A program made the position numbers and the translations under genes. Below are positions 47,849 to 58,574 of a stretch of DNA of 64,000 nucleotides, one piece after another. This stretch comes from Desulfarculia bacterium (lineage in GTDB: Bacteria > Desulfobacterota > Desulfarculia > G963662305), in the NCBI GenBank assembly GCA_963662305.1, contig OY759352.1:2013620-2077619 (forward strand). Reading direction: 5' to 3'. Numbering within the stretch: the stretch's first letter is position 1; each line of letters opens with the position of its first letter. The notes under the pieces were generated by a model. That model searched no databases and was not told the DNA's origin. It saw only the letters and a program-made list of their open reading frames with translations.

Positions 47849-48895
47849 ATGGCATCACCGAAAAAGGTTCGAGCTGCCGGATGGGAGGTAGCCCAGGAGT
47901 TGGAAATAAAAAAGCGAACCATTTTCGAGCGCCTTATCCCGGAATGGCGGCATGTACGGGCGGCCCTCGGCGGCATAGCCGTCTTTTTTATTGTGTTCCT
48001 GATCGGCATCTGGCTGGCTGGGAACCCATTTGAGGCAACCCAGCGTATTGCCTCAAAAGCCGTTGTCAACGCCGGTTTGGCCGGCACAAACGACTGGACC
48101 ATCTTCTGGGGCGTAATGTTTATGGCCATGTTCTTCGAGTTCATGGACGCTTCGGCCGGGATGGGGTTCGGCACCGCCCTGACGCCTCTTCTGCTGGTTG
48201 TTGGCTTTGATCCTAAACAGATCGTGCCGGTGGTTATGGTTCAGCAGGGAGTGGCCGGCCTGGTCGGAGCCTTCCTCCACCGGGAATTCGAAAACGTGGA
48301 GTGGAAATTTAAACCCATGTCCGAAACGGTCAAGCTGTGGATGATCATCGGACTGGTCGGTTGCCTGGCCGTGACGTTTTCCATTACCGCGGTCTATGCC
48401 TACCTTAAGGTGGCCAAGATCTGGATTAAACTGTATGTGGCCGTTCTGCTGCTGATGATGGGCGTCATCTCGCTGATTCAGGCCCGCAAGGAGCGTCCCT
48501 ACAGACCTTGGAAGATGCTCGGGTTCGCCGCCCTGGCCGGATTCAATAAAGGCGTGGGCGGCGGCGGTTACGGCCCCGTGGTCACCGTGGGCGGGCTGAT
48601 CTCCGGCGTACCCATCAAGAGCATGCTGGCCGTGACGGCCATCAGCGAGGGTACGGTCAGCACCTTTGCCATATTGGTCTGGCTGGCCCTGCTCACCTCG
48701 GGGGTAACCATAGACTACGTCTTGTTGCCCACGTTCATGCTGGCGACCATGTTCTCGGCTATTGCCGCGCCCTATGCCACCAGGGTTTTCCCCGAAAAAC
48801 TGTGGAAGGTGGTGGTTCCGGGCTACTGTGTGGTGGTGGCGGCCATCTGTTTCTACAAGATTGTCCCGGACGTTATTTCTAAGCTGGGCGGTTGA
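47849..48895 (+). CDS. TauE/SafE (DUF81) family membrane transporter (sulfite/anion exporter type)
   Basis: 348 aa; two-repeat polytopic membrane protein with Gly-rich TM segments; AAGGAG RBS upstream of ATG. Confidence 0.7.
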   Translation: MASPKKVRAAGWEVAQELEIKKRTIFERLIPEWRHVRAALGGIAVFFIVFLIGIWLAGNPFEATQRIASKAVVNAGLAGTNDWTIFWGVMFMAMFFEFMDASAGMGFGTALTPLLLVVGFDPKQIVPVVMVQQGVAGLVGAFLHREFENVEWKFKPMSETVKLWMIIGLVGCLAVTFSITAVYAYLKVAKIWIKLYVAVLLLMMGVISLIQARKERPYRPWKMLGFAALAGFNKGVGGGGYGPVVTVGGLISGVPIKSMLAVTAISEGTVSTFAILVWLALLTSGVTIDYVLLPTFMLATMFSAIAAPYATRVFPEKLWKVVVPGYCVVVAAICFYKIVPDVISKLGG

Positions 48896-49022
48896 TTCCT
48901 GGGAAGATTGGCAGGATAACCGCAAGTCGACAACCCCAACCGCAGGAAGGAGCAGGATGGGTCTAGTGTCGAAAGCGCTGCCGCTGGGCGAGGCGGCATG
49001 AGAAACGGTACAAGAGACGGCG

Positions 49023-49045
49023 CCCCGGACCTGATCGGTCCGGGG
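49023..49045 (+). terminator. Stem-loop (9-bp stem CCCCGGACC/GGTCCGGGG) downstream of the TauE-like gene; possible terminator
   Basis: Inverted repeat read directly; T-tract is not immediately adjacent, so assignment is weak. Confidence 0.3.
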
Positions 49046-49096
49046 TGTCCGGCTCCTTTTAAGATAAGGACGCCTTGACTCGAAACTGACAACGGG

Positions 49097-49645
49097 ATGG
49101 AAAAACGGAGGCTTGTTATGTGGAATCGGGGTACACCTTACCCGGCGTCCCGGGAGGAGAAGGCCCTGAACGGGTATATCAATCGGCGGGTCCGCGGATT
49201 CGGCCTGACCCTGATCGTCATGGGCCTGAGTTTCGGGTTGTACTACCTGGGCCTGTTCGGGGGAGTATCAGGCCCGCTGACCCCCGAAAATATAGGAGAT
49301 CTCCTGGTCGGCCTGGGGGTGACCAGGTTCCATCTGGCCATCGCCCTGTCAGGTGCGTTTGTCTGCGCCCTGACCTGGAACTGGGTTTTTAACCTGATCT
49401 GCCGGGCCGCGGGCCGCCGCCTGACCTGCGCCAAAACCCTGAATAAAAGCGGGAGAATCTGCGGCGCCGCGGTCAAGACCGTGAAACTTAAGGGCGAGAC
49501 ATCGGACCGGCCGGTCAGGCAGTACGTCTGCCAACAGGGGCATAAACTGAGCACGGCCCATTTCCACCCGCTGGAAAAGGGTGTGGTCGGCCACACCGTC
49601 TGGTTGGTTACGCTGGCTTTTTTCCTGATTTTCCTGGCGGTTTGA
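49097..49645 (+). CDS. Hypothetical membrane protein
   Basis: 182 aa; three hydrophobic segments, Cys-containing loop (CAKTLNKSGRICGAA...CQQGH); no family recognised. Confidence 0.4.
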   Translation: MEKRRLVMWNRGTPYPASREEKALNGYINRRVRGFGLTLIVMGLSFGLYYLGLFGGVSGPLTPENIGDLLVGLGVTRFHLAIALSGAFVCALTWNWVFNLICRAAGRRLTCAKTLNKSGRICGAAVKTVKLKGETSDRPVRQYVCQQGHKLSTAHFHPLEKGVVGHTVWLVTLAFFLIFLAV

Positions 49646-49764
49646 GGAGAGGCTGTTGAAACCGCCACAATAAACCGGCCGTGAGGCGGCGGAGGGATTT
49701 AGGATTTTTGAGTCGATAATGGGATCTGTTTTTGGAAAATCAACTATCCGCAAAAGGGGGCGGC

Positions 49765-50607
49765 ATGAGTTCCGAAATCCGGGTCCTGCTGGTCGATGAC
49801 GAGGAACGGTTCGTCACCAACATGGCCCGCCTTTTGGCCGCCCGCGGATTTAAGGTCTCCATTGCCGGAGACGGGGTGGAGGCCGTGGAACAATACCGTC
49901 TCTCCGGCGGGATGGATGTTGTGGTCATGGATGTCAACATGCCCCGTCTGGACGGCCTTCAGGCCCTGAAGCGGATAAGGGCCCAAGATCCCGAAGCCCA
50001 GGTCATAATCCTGACCGGGCACGGCAGCACCGAGGACGGCATCAAGGCCATCCGCCTGGGGGCCTTCGACTATCTGGCCAAGCCCTGTCCCCTGGAGGCG
50101 TTGGTCGACAAAATCCGTCAGGCCGATGAGGTTGAGCGGATCAGGGAAAAGCCGGTGCTCTGGACCGGCAACAAGGTCAAGGCCGTTCTTGACCCTGAAT
50201 TTCTGAGGCTGCCGCCGGAAAGCGGAGCGGCCCAGGGTCTGGCTTTGCTGGCCGAGGGAAAAGACCCGGATCCCGGCCCGGTCCTGTTCGTAACGGATGA
50301 CCGGAACGTTCCACTGGGTTGCCTCAACCGCCAGGACCTGCTCCGCGAAGCCTGGAAAAATCATCCGGGCCGGCAGATCACCTGGGACGAACTTTGCCGC
50401 TGTCCGGAGAACTTGCCCGAGACCAGGCTGGACAGAATTATGCAAAGGGATATCGTAACCGCCGATCCGGAAGAGGGGCTGCCGGAGGTGGCTCACGCCA
50501 TGATGGCCCACAATCTGAGCACAATACCTGTAGTCGAAGAGGGCCGGATGATCGGTCAAGTCCATCTTAAGGATATTCTTGCCTATATCGAGAGGCAGAC
50601 CGAATAG
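49765..50607 (+). CDS. Response regulator with receiver domain and C-terminal CBS pair
   Basis: Start at MSSEIRVLLVDDEE (ATG 49765, AAAGGGGG upstream); REC motifs (DVVVMDVNMP, ILTGHG, KPC); CBS segments at C-terminus. Confidence 0.75.
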   Translation: MSSEIRVLLVDDEERFVTNMARLLAARGFKVSIAGDGVEAVEQYRLSGGMDVVVMDVNMPRLDGLQALKRIRAQDPEAQVIILTGHGSTEDGIKAIRLGAFDYLAKPCPLEALVDKIRQADEVERIREKPVLWTGNKVKAVLDPEFLRLPPESGAAQGLALLAEGKDPDPGPVLFVTDDRNVPLGCLNRQDLLREAWKNHPGRQITWDELCRCPENLPETRLDRIMQRDIVTADPEEGLPEVAHAMMAHNLSTIPVVEEGRMIGQVHLKDILAYIERQTE

Positions 50608-50625
50608 GATCCGAGGTGTAACGCC

Positions 50626-52266
50626 ATGCCTGAAATCTCCGGTTCACCCTTGCTTCGCTGGAAAAACGACTACCCCTATTTCCGGCAGCTTCGCCGCCGC
50701 CTGATTCTGATCCTCGCGGCGGTGGTGGCCGTCCCCCTGCTGGTCCTGGCCGGAGCAGCCTTTTTCCACCAATACTCAACAATCAACAGCCGGGCCGAAC
50801 AGTCGCTCCAGAGGACGGCCGAGGAGCTTAAGGAGAAGATCGACCTTCACCTGAACGGACAATTGGCTCTCCTGAGGCTGACCGCTTCCTGCCTGGAACA
50901 ACCGGAACCGCTCCAGCCGGGCCGGATTAAGGCGGAACTCATCCGGTTGAGAGGCTCAGATCCGTTCCTCGGCCTGGCAGTCTATGATCAACAGGGCCGC
51001 CGTCTGGCCGGCTCAGGCTCCTCCAGAGAGTTTGAAGGGCCCGAGACCCTGCCCCGGCTTCCAACCGGCTTCCTCGGCGCCAGTTGCGGCTTTGGAGAGA
51101 CCACTGCCGATTCCGAGGGCTCGGCCCTTTACTACACCGCCTTCTGCCGCATCAGGGGAGAGGAGGGCCGTATCCTCCGGGCCGTTTTCGGGGTGGGCCC
51201 CATCCTGAAATTATTGTCCGGTCCTGATTCCGACCCGGCTGAAACATTCCTGGTGGGCCGCACCGGAGTCTTTCGGAACAGACCCAAGGCGTCCCCGTCT
51301 CCACCGGCCTCCAGCCCCCCTCCGGAACGAAGGTCGAGCGGCGCAGACGGTTACCTGGAGGCTTCAATACAACTGGATACCGCTCCTTGGCAGTGTCTGG
51401 TTCGGCGGCCCAGGGAATCGCTGAACCGGGAATTGAGCCGAATCCGGAACATGGGCCTGATTATCCTACTTCCGTTGCTGGTTCTGGCCGTGGCCGCCGC
51501 CATCCTGACCGTCAACTATCTGGTGGGCCGACTGGAGGCCGACCACCGCCTGATCAAGAACCTGGACCGGCAGCTCAAAAGGGCGGGCCGTCTGGCCAAC
51601 TCGGTCCATCTGTCCCACGGTCCGGTTCACGAACTGAAAAATACCCTGGTCAATATTGATACCACCGTAACCTGTCTGCAGGACGCTTTGGACCAGGCCG
51701 ACAGCCAACTGGGGGGCGAAGAGGCTTTTTTCCGGAAGATCCGGGAGGAACTGAACTACGGGCAGGTCATGGTCGAAAGACTTCACGGCAACATAAGAGT
51801 CTCGAACCTGGAATCCATTGTCAGCGAATTGGATCTGAACTCCCTGTTAAAAGATCTGGTCGAGCTCTTGGGCCTGGAACTCTACCTGAACAGGATCGTG
51901 GTGGAAACGTCCTTTCAGGACGGGCTGCCCTTGATTTTGGGCGACCCGGTTCAGATCCGTCAGGTTTTCATGAATATCCTGCTCAACGCGGTTTCGGCCG
52001 TGGATTCGGACGGTAGGATCACGATCCTTACCTCCGCCGAGAATGATGATATAGTGGTGACGGTCATTGATGACGGACCCGGCATACCGACCGGGCAAGA
52101 GGATCTGATTTTCGATCCCCTGTTCACGACCAGAAGGGGCAGCAGCGGAATGGGGCTGTCCATCTGCGTCAGCATCCTGGAAAAGATGGGCGGCCGGATC
52201 CAGGTCCGCAACGATCCCGAGCGGGGAGCATCTTTTACTGTCTGGCTGCCCCGCAGGATGAAATAG
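50626..52266 (+). CDS. Sensor histidine kinase
   Basis: Two TM segments flanking a periplasmic domain; HisKA H in HELKNTL; HATPase_c boxes (NILLNAVSA, DDGPGI, GMGLS). Confidence 0.8.
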   Translation: MPEISGSPLLRWKNDYPYFRQLRRRLILILAAVVAVPLLVLAGAAFFHQYSTINSRAEQSLQRTAEELKEKIDLHLNGQLALLRLTASCLEQPEPLQPGRIKAELIRLRGSDPFLGLAVYDQQGRRLAGSGSSREFEGPETLPRLPTGFLGASCGFGETTADSEGSALYYTAFCRIRGEEGRILRAVFGVGPILKLLSGPDSDPAETFLVGRTGVFRNRPKASPSPPASSPPPERRSSGADGYLEASIQLDTAPWQCLVRRPRESLNRELSRIRNMGLIILLPLLVLAVAAAILTVNYLVGRLEADHRLIKNLDRQLKRAGRLANSVHLSHGPVHELKNTLVNIDTTVTCLQDALDQADSQLGGEEAFFRKIREELNYGQVMVERLHGNIRVSNLESIVSELDLNSLLKDLVELLGLELYLNRIVVETSFQDGLPLILGDPVQIRQVFMNILLNAVSAVDSDGRITILTSAENDDIVVTVIDDGPGIPTGQEDLIFDPLFTTRRGSSGMGLSICVSILEKMGGRIQVRNDPERGASFTVWLPRRMK

Positions 52267-52299
52267 GGCACCCTGTGGGGGGATGCGGTCTGAATCCAG

Positions 52300-54639
52300 A
52301 TGTTGAAGCGGGAGCACATAAAGAGAGCCATCGACGCCATCTCGGCCCGTAATCGCCAAGTCGGCTACACCCTCAACGATATGCTGGGATCCGGAAGCAT
52401 CGACGTTCTGCCGGATTCCGACCCGGCCGCCTCACCCCGGGAGTTCGCTTTTCTGTTCAACCACGAGCCTGTTCATGTGCCTGTTTTCCGGTACTTTCAC
52501 GAGGGCACCACCCCCTTGGAGGAACGGCTCCTGGTCAAGTATGGGGAGTTGGTCAGGCGGCAGGAGTACCTGACCGGAAGCCAGCCCTACAACTTTCGCC
52601 GGGCCGCGGAGGATATTCACAAGGCCGGGCTCCGCTTTTTGGTCGAGTACGAGATCTCCCTCGCCGCGGAAAGGCTGGCCCGCAAGGGTCAGAAGAACGG
52701 TTTGCCGTATCGCGATTTGGCGGGGCGCCTTGAAAGTATCCTGGATCCGGGCTCCGCATCTCTGCTGCCCCAGACCGAAAATGATCCCGGAGTGCTTTTC
52801 CGCGGCGTAGTGGATAAGGACACCCCGGCCTATTTTCTTAACTTCCCCTTTTGCCTTGATTCCCTGCAGCAGGCGGCCGATCTTAATCTTGAATTCTTCG
52901 GTATCCGGTTTCTCTTGGATTGTCTGGTGAACGGTTTGGCCGAAACCGTCTTTTGCTGCCTGGTGAACCGGAAGATCGTGGGCCTGGTCCAGTCCGGACC
53001 CAAGACGAGTCTTTCCGGCCGCGACCTGGAGATCAAGTATATCGCCACCAGCCGGGGCAAGCGTACCCAAGCGGAGCTGCCGGCCCTTAAACCCCCCAAG
53101 GGCTGCGGCACGGTGCTGGTGGCCGGGGCCTGGATGCTGTGGAAAGGCCGGTTCGGCGGGAGAGGGGAATTGGTGCTGGATTCGGAGATAGGCTCCATCC
53201 GGTTCTACCAATCCATCGGTTTTCGGAAAAAGCAGGCTTACGGCTACACGCTCAAATCGCCCCAAGGCTACCTTCTGCGGAACATCCTGGCCATGACTGA
53301 ACACTTGCCTCAGGTGGAGGAGGGGGTGGTCCGCTCGGTCAAGGAGCTGATCAAAGGCCAGGTCAAGCTTTTGCGGAAAAAGCCGAAAGGCGGCAAGGAC
53401 CTCAAACAGCGCGAAACGGCCGTCGGGTTTATCCGGGACTGTCTGGCCACCGAACAGCACAGGGAACTGGGCCGGACCGCCATCGGGCTGCTGGCCCGAT
53501 ACCGGACCGAAATTCCCGAGGCCGACCAGTTGTTGGACCAGGCCATTGCCAGCGGTCTGGTCCAAATTCCGGTAAAGCTGAAAAAGGATTGGAACCCGGT
53601 CCTGACAGTCTTTGACGATCGCTACGCCCGCCATCTGGAGGGGATTTTTCATCTGGAGAGCGCCAAGCGGGCCAAGGCCATGCGGACCATCCTGGAGGAC
53701 GAGACCCTCACGGGCAGGTGGTCGGCTCTGGTTCCGCGCCTGGCCCGGGTGGAGGAGCTGGCCTATGTCCACACCGCCGAGCACATAGAGTTCATCGCTT
53801 CCACAGAGGGGCGGCCCCTGAGCTCCATAGACCTGGATACCCAGACCAGTGAGAGAACTTACGAGGTGGCCCGGTTGGCTGTGGGCGGGGTCTTTTGTCT
53901 GCTGGATGAGATCTGGTCCGGGGTCTCCCCCCGCGGATTCGCCTTTGTCAGGCCGCCGGGGCACCATGCCGAACCGAACAAGGCCATGGGTTACTGCATC
54001 TTCAACAACGCGGCCCTGGGAGCCAGGTACCTTCAGGAAAAACACGGTCTGGACAGAATCATGATCGTGGACATAGACGCCCATCACGGCAACGGCACCC
54101 AGTCGGCTTTTTACGAGACCGACCGGGTGCTGTATTTCTCCATGCACCAGTTTCCGTTCTATCCCGGCACGGGCGGTCTGGGCGAGTCCGGGTCCGGCCG
54201 GGGCGAGGGCTTCACCGTCAACGTGCCCCTGCCCACGGGAGAGACGGATGCCACCTTCGCCGATATCATCAACTATCTGGTCCGCCTCCTGGCCCGGCAA
54301 TATGGACCTGAGATAATTTTGGTCTCCTGCGGATTCGACCTCTATCACCACGACCCCAGCAGCCGGATGAGGGCCACCCCGGAAGGCTACGGCATGATGG
54401 CCAGCCTGTTGATAGAGATAGCCGAAGAGGTCTGCGGGGGACGGATTGCCTTTATTATGGAGGGCGGCTACAGCCTGACCGGCATCCGCGAGTGCGGTCT
54501 TCGGGTCATGAGGGAGCTGTGCGGTCTCAAGACTTTTGATCCCGCCAGGATGGAGAAGATGAAAAAACCGAACGGCCGCAGGATTCCGGCGCTCAATAAA
54601 ATCCTGGAGGTCCAAAAAGCCTATTGGACAATCCAGTAA
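52300..54639 (+). CDS. Fusion protein: N-terminal domain of unknown function (possibly GNAT-like) + C-terminal histone-deacetylase/acetoin-utilization (HDAC) family domain
   Basis: C-terminal HDAC hallmarks (PPGHHAE, CIFNNAA, DIDAHHGNGTQ, FYPGTGG); N-terminal ~400 aa contains GNAT-like strand SIRFYQSIGF. Confidence 0.7.
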   Translation: MLKREHIKRAIDAISARNRQVGYTLNDMLGSGSIDVLPDSDPAASPREFAFLFNHEPVHVPVFRYFHEGTTPLEERLLVKYGELVRRQEYLTGSQPYNFRRAAEDIHKAGLRFLVEYEISLAAERLARKGQKNGLPYRDLAGRLESILDPGSASLLPQTENDPGVLFRGVVDKDTPAYFLNFPFCLDSLQQAADLNLEFFGIRFLLDCLVNGLAETVFCCLVNRKIVGLVQSGPKTSLSGRDLEIKYIATSRGKRTQAELPALKPPKGCGTVLVAGAWMLWKGRFGGRGELVLDSEIGSIRFYQSIGFRKKQAYGYTLKSPQGYLLRNILAMTEHLPQVEEGVVRSVKELIKGQVKLLRKKPKGGKDLKQRETAVGFIRDCLATEQHRELGRTAIGLLARYRTEIPEADQLLDQAIASGLVQIPVKLKKDWNPVLTVFDDRYARHLEGIFHLESAKRAKAMRTILEDETLTGRWSALVPRLARVEELAYVHTAEHIEFIASTEGRPLSSIDLDTQTSERTYEVARLAVGGVFCLLDEIWSGVSPRGFAFVRPPGHHAEPNKAMGYCIFNNAALGARYLQEKHGLDRIMIVDIDAHHGNGTQSAFYETDRVLYFSMHQFPFYPGTGGLGESGSGRGEGFTVNVPLPTGETDATFADIINYLVRLLARQYGPEIILVSCGFDLYHHDPSSRMRATPEGYGMMASLLIEIAEEVCGGRIAFIMEGGYSLTGIRECGLRVMRELCGLKTFDPARMEKMKKPNGRRIPALNKILEVQKAYWTIQ

Positions 54640-55079
54640 CCAGGAAGTGTCAACCAGTTGTTGACAAAATCCGGTGGGCCGCCTCCGTCCATACCGGAAA
54701 AGCCTTTTGGACCTCGAAACAGGCCGGCCCCCGGCTTGTTGAACCGGGACCTTTTGCGGCCTCGGCATGGCCTCCTAAACCGGTCCATAAAGTCAACCCC
54801 TGTTAATCATAACCTTTTTCCGCTCAATGGACCATCCGTCAAACTAATCCGGGTTTCTGACCCAGAATGTTTTCAAGGATGGAAAACCATCCGGGATTAC
54901 CGAGTTGTGGAATCTGACGGTGGGGTGGACGGGCTGGCATGCTTGTTGAATTGTTATTTATCAAAGGGCTTCGAAGCCGAATCCGGGCAGAGCCGAAAGC
55001 GAGGTTCGGGGCTTACGGCCGACAGAACCAGGGAACAGACCCAGTAATCAACCCGGACATATATTGATCGGCGAGGGAC

Positions 55080-56864
55080 ATGGATACAAATCAGGACAGC
55101 CGGGATTACCGGGCCGACAACGAGTCGATGCCGGAGCGGCAGGCGAGCTACCGGCGCCTCTTCCGCAGGTTTATCTTGTACACCATGGTCTGCTCCGTGG
55201 TCCCCATCCTGCTGGTGGGGTGGGCCATCAAAATCAACTATACTAATTTTTCCATAGATCGCATGACCCGCAGTTTTATGTCTCAGATAGACCACCACCG
55301 CAAAGTCATCCAGATGTTCATCAACGAGTGCCGGTCCAAACTCCTTCTGATCGCCGCCACCCATAAGATGGAGGACCTGGTGGCCGGCGGCAAACTGGGG
55401 GAAGTGTTCGAGATGATCAACCGGGATCACATGTCGATCACCGATCTGGGGGTGATCGACGACCAGGGCAATCATCTCAATTATGTGGGCCCCTATGACC
55501 TGATCGACAGCAACTATTCCCAGGCCCTCTGGTTTAAGGAGGTCATGGCCGAGGGGATCTATATCAGCGATATGTTCATGGGATTCCGGCAGGAGCCTCA
55601 TTTTATAGTGGCCGTCACCAGAACCGAAGAGGGCCGGAAGTGGATTCTCAGGGCCACTATCGACACCGATTTCTTTCGCTCTCTGGTGGAGAATGTCAAA
55701 ATCGGTCGGACCGGTGAGGTCTATCTGGTCAACCGGGATGGTATTTTCCAGACCAGCCCCAGATTCAACGGCAAAATCATGGGCAAAGCCATATTCGAGG
55801 TACCGCCCAGGCAGCCCGGGGTGTCCATCCGGGTCGCTCCCGCCGTCGTCTCCGACGGAAACCAAAAGATTCCGTCCAAAATCGTCTGCCAAACCTGGCT
55901 GGACGAGCCCAATTGGATGCTCATGGTCCAGCAGGACTACAAGGAGGCCTTTGACGACGTCAACCACGCCAACAAGGCCGCCCTCATCTTCCTATACCTC
56001 TCGGCCGCGGCGATTCTGATCGTCACCATTCTTATCACCCGGCACATGATCGCCATTATCAGGCGACGCGATTTGGAGATGGACCAGTTGAACCGCCAGC
56101 TGCTCCAGGCCGGCAAAATGGCCTCCATCGGCGAATTGTCGGCCGGAGTGGCTCATGAGATTAACAACCCCCTGGCCATTGTCCTGACGGAGAGGCAGAT
56201 CCTGCTGGATGCCTTCCAGGGGAGGCTGGACGACGACGAATTGGAGGAGCAATTCCTGGACTCCATGAACCAGATCGATATCCAGGTTCAACGCTGCAAG
56301 AGGATCACCCACAATCTGCTCAGATTTGCCCGGAGGACCGAATCGGTCATCGAACCGGTGGACGTCAATGCGTTTCTCCAGGAGGTGGCCGAATTGATGG
56401 AACGGGAGGCCCGGGCCAACGGAATAGCATTTGTGACCGACCTGGACGAAGATATTCCTTTTATCAACTCAGACCCGTCCCAGCTTCAACAGGTTTTTCT
56501 AAATCTTATCACCAACGCCATAGATGCCCAGAACCAGAAGATGGACGGGATGATCAAGATAACCACCCGGGCCGAGCCCGGAGAAAAGGGCCTCTGGCTG
56601 ACTATCGCGGATACCGGCTCCGGGATCAGCCCCGAAAACCTGTCCAAAATTTTCGATCCGTTTTTTACCACCAAGCCGGTGGGCAAGGGGACCGGTCTGG
56701 GTCTGTCCATCTGCTACAGCATCATCAAGCGGCTGGGCGGGAAAATATCGGTAACCAGCGAGGTGGGCCAAGGCACTGAATTCGTAATATTTCTTCCCGA
56801 GGAGCTGCCTGAGGGCGCCTCCGGGGGCGTGGCCGAAGCCGAAACAGCGCACAATTTTCAGTAA
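55080..56864 (+). CDS. Sensor histidine kinase with extracytoplasmic Cache-like sensor domain
   Basis: H-box [15 protein letters not shown]; HATPase_c boxes ([23 protein letters not shown]). Confidence 0.85.
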   Translation: MDTNQDSRDYRADNESMPERQASYRRLFRRFILYTMVCSVVPILLVGWAIKINYTNFSIDRMTRSFMSQIDHHRKVIQMFINECRSKLLLIAATHKMEDLVAGGKLGEVFEMINRDHMSITDLGVIDDQGNHLNYVGPYDLIDSNYSQALWFKEVMAEGIYISDMFMGFRQEPHFIVAVTRTEEGRKWILRATIDTDFFRSLVENVKIGRTGEVYLVNRDGIFQTSPRFNGKIMGKAIFEVPPRQPGVSIRVAPAVVSDGNQKIPSKIVCQTWLDEPNWMLMVQQDYKEAFDDVNHANKAALIFLYLSAAAILIVTILITRHMIAIIRRRDLEMDQLNRQLLQAGKMASIGELSAGVAHEINNPLAIVLTERQILLDAFQGRLDDDELEEQFLDSMNQIDIQVQRCKRITHNLLRFARRTESVIEPVDVNAFLQEVAELMEREARANGIAFVTDLDEDIPFINSDPSQLQQVFLNLITNAIDAQNQKMDGMIKITTRAEPGEKGLWLTIADTGSGISPENLSKIFDPFFTTKPVGKGTGLGLSICYSIIKRLGGKISVTSEVGQGTEFVIFLPEELPEGASGGVAEAETAHNFQ

Positions 56865-56876
56865 TGGAGGGCAACC

Positions 56877-57347
56877 ATGAAATTAGCCAAAGTTCTCTTT
56901 GTGGACGATGAAACCAGATATGCCGAAAACATGGCCAAGCTTCTGGGCAACCGCGGCTATCGGGTGGTTACGGCCAACAGCGGCGACCAGGCTTTGCAGA
57001 GGCTGGAGGAGGAGGACTTCGACATCATTGTTCTGGATTTGAAAATGCCCGGACTGGACGGCATCGCCACCCTGAAAGAGATCAACGAACGAGAGCTGCT
57101 GACCGAGACCTTGATCCTGACCGGCCACGGTTCCATTGATACGGCTTTGGAGGCGACCAAGATAGGAGCTTTCGATTATCTGACCAAACCGTGCGAGGTT
57201 CAGGATCTGGTTGATAAAATCGAGGAAGCCTGGAATAAGAAGAGCGAGGTGGAACAGGCCGAGCGGAATGAAAAGATAAAGAAGATTATCGAATCCCCCT
57301 CGGCCGTCTTCTCCATGATGAAGAAACCGGGCTCCAAAAAAGAATAA
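56877..57347 (+). CDS. Single-domain response regulator (REC)
   Basis: KVLFVDDE, IIVLDLKMPGLDG, ILTGHG, KPC motifs; 156 aa. Confidence 0.85.
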   Translation: MKLAKVLFVDDETRYAENMAKLLGNRGYRVVTANSGDQALQRLEEEDFDIIVLDLKMPGLDGIATLKEINERELLTETLILTGHGSIDTALEATKIGAFDYLTKPCEVQDLVDKIEEAWNKKSEVEQAERNEKIKKIIESPSAVFSMMKKPGSKKE

Positions 57348-57671
57348 GGCTATCGGCCTCGGGCGGAAGTTCGGATGTCTTTCGGAAATCGGAGGGCTTC
57401 AACCGGTTCCGGGGAAAAAAGGACTCTCTGAGCCGGATCTCCGCCTTTATCTGTGGTGATGGCTCCAATTATGTTTTAACTCGGGTGCCGGAGGCGGCAC
57501 CCCGGCCTCATGTTTCGCTTTTTTAGAAAGGCCATTTGAGCGCTCGCTCTGAACCGGGCGCTCCGAAATGGGTTCGGCCCATAACTTGGGGCCGGGGTTT
57601 GGCACCCGGCCCCGGGTGCGGTTTCCAGGGGCGCAGGCCCTATCAGGCCCGCTCCCGTGGCTTTGCGGCGG

Positions 57672-58523
57672 CTAGACGCTCTTGCCTGCGCCGGCCTTGC
57701 CCTTGCGGACCAGAGCCCGCTCCGCTTGGGGCAGAGGCGGCGGCACGGGCGCTCCGGAGATCTGCTGCACCGCGGCGAAACGGGGCGGGCAGGCCTCGAA
57801 ACAGGTCCCGCACTTGATGCACCTGTCCTGGTCGATCACGTGGATCTGGTTCTTTCCTCCCTCGATGGCTTCCACCGGGCAGCGCCGGGCGCAGATGCCG
57901 CAGGCCTGACACTTCTCCGGGGCGATGTGATAGGAGGTCACCTCGCGAAACAGTTCCTCCATCTCCTCCAGGGTGAACAGGCCGTCATACTCGTCCTTGG
58001 AGGTGAGGCGGCGCTCCAGCTTCTCCCTTTTGGCGATCTTGATGTAGGGCACCAGCTTGATGACTTCCTTTATCTTCTCCTTCAACTCCCGGCGGTCCAG
58101 CCCCTCTTTTTGCCCCAGAGGACCCAGCTCCCTGACCTCCTTGGTGAAATCGTCCACCACCTCACTGAACAGGATGCCGTCCCCGGAGGACATGAAGGCG
58201 ATGCGCAACCGGTCCTGGTTCAGGCCCAGATGCTCCAGGATTCTTTTGGCCAAAAGGACCATGGTCAGGGCATGGTAGTTGCCGTGGGTCACGTAGTTGC
58301 ACTCGTTGAGCTTGCACCCGCCCACGAAAACCCCGTCCATTCCGTTCAGGAAAGCCCGGAGCACGAACTCCAGATCCACCCGGCCGGAACACATGACCCG
58401 GATGATCCTTATCTCACTGGTATACTGTAGTCTGGAAACTCCAGCCATATCGGCAGCGCCGTACGCTCACCAATGGCACAGAAAGCCCAGGATCCGGGGC
58501 TTGAAACTCTTTGCCGCGCTCAT
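57672..58523 (-). CDS. MvhD-like (methyl-viologen-reducing hydrogenase delta subunit) domain fused to 2x[4Fe-4S] ferredoxin; selenoprotein with in-frame UGA at 58467-58469
   Basis: ATG 58523 preceded by AAGGAGGTG; translation MSAAKSFKPRILGFLCHW-U-AYGAADMAGVSRLQY...: TGA sits where MvhD homologs have the second Cys of the CxWC motif; downstream CQACGICARRCP and CIKCGTCFEACP clusters. Confidence 0.75.
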
Positions 58524-58574
58524 ATGCCTTCACCTCCTTCCCCGAAAATCAGATCCCCCTTAGGGGGCGTTTTC

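Noticed and set aside
57484-57523. Hairpin GGTGCCG-GAGG-CGGCACC followed after 12 nt by a T6 run, between convergent genes
   Set aside because: Plausible bidirectional terminator, but the U-tract is not adjacent to the stem and it lies ~140 nt from the nearest stop codon; left unannotated.
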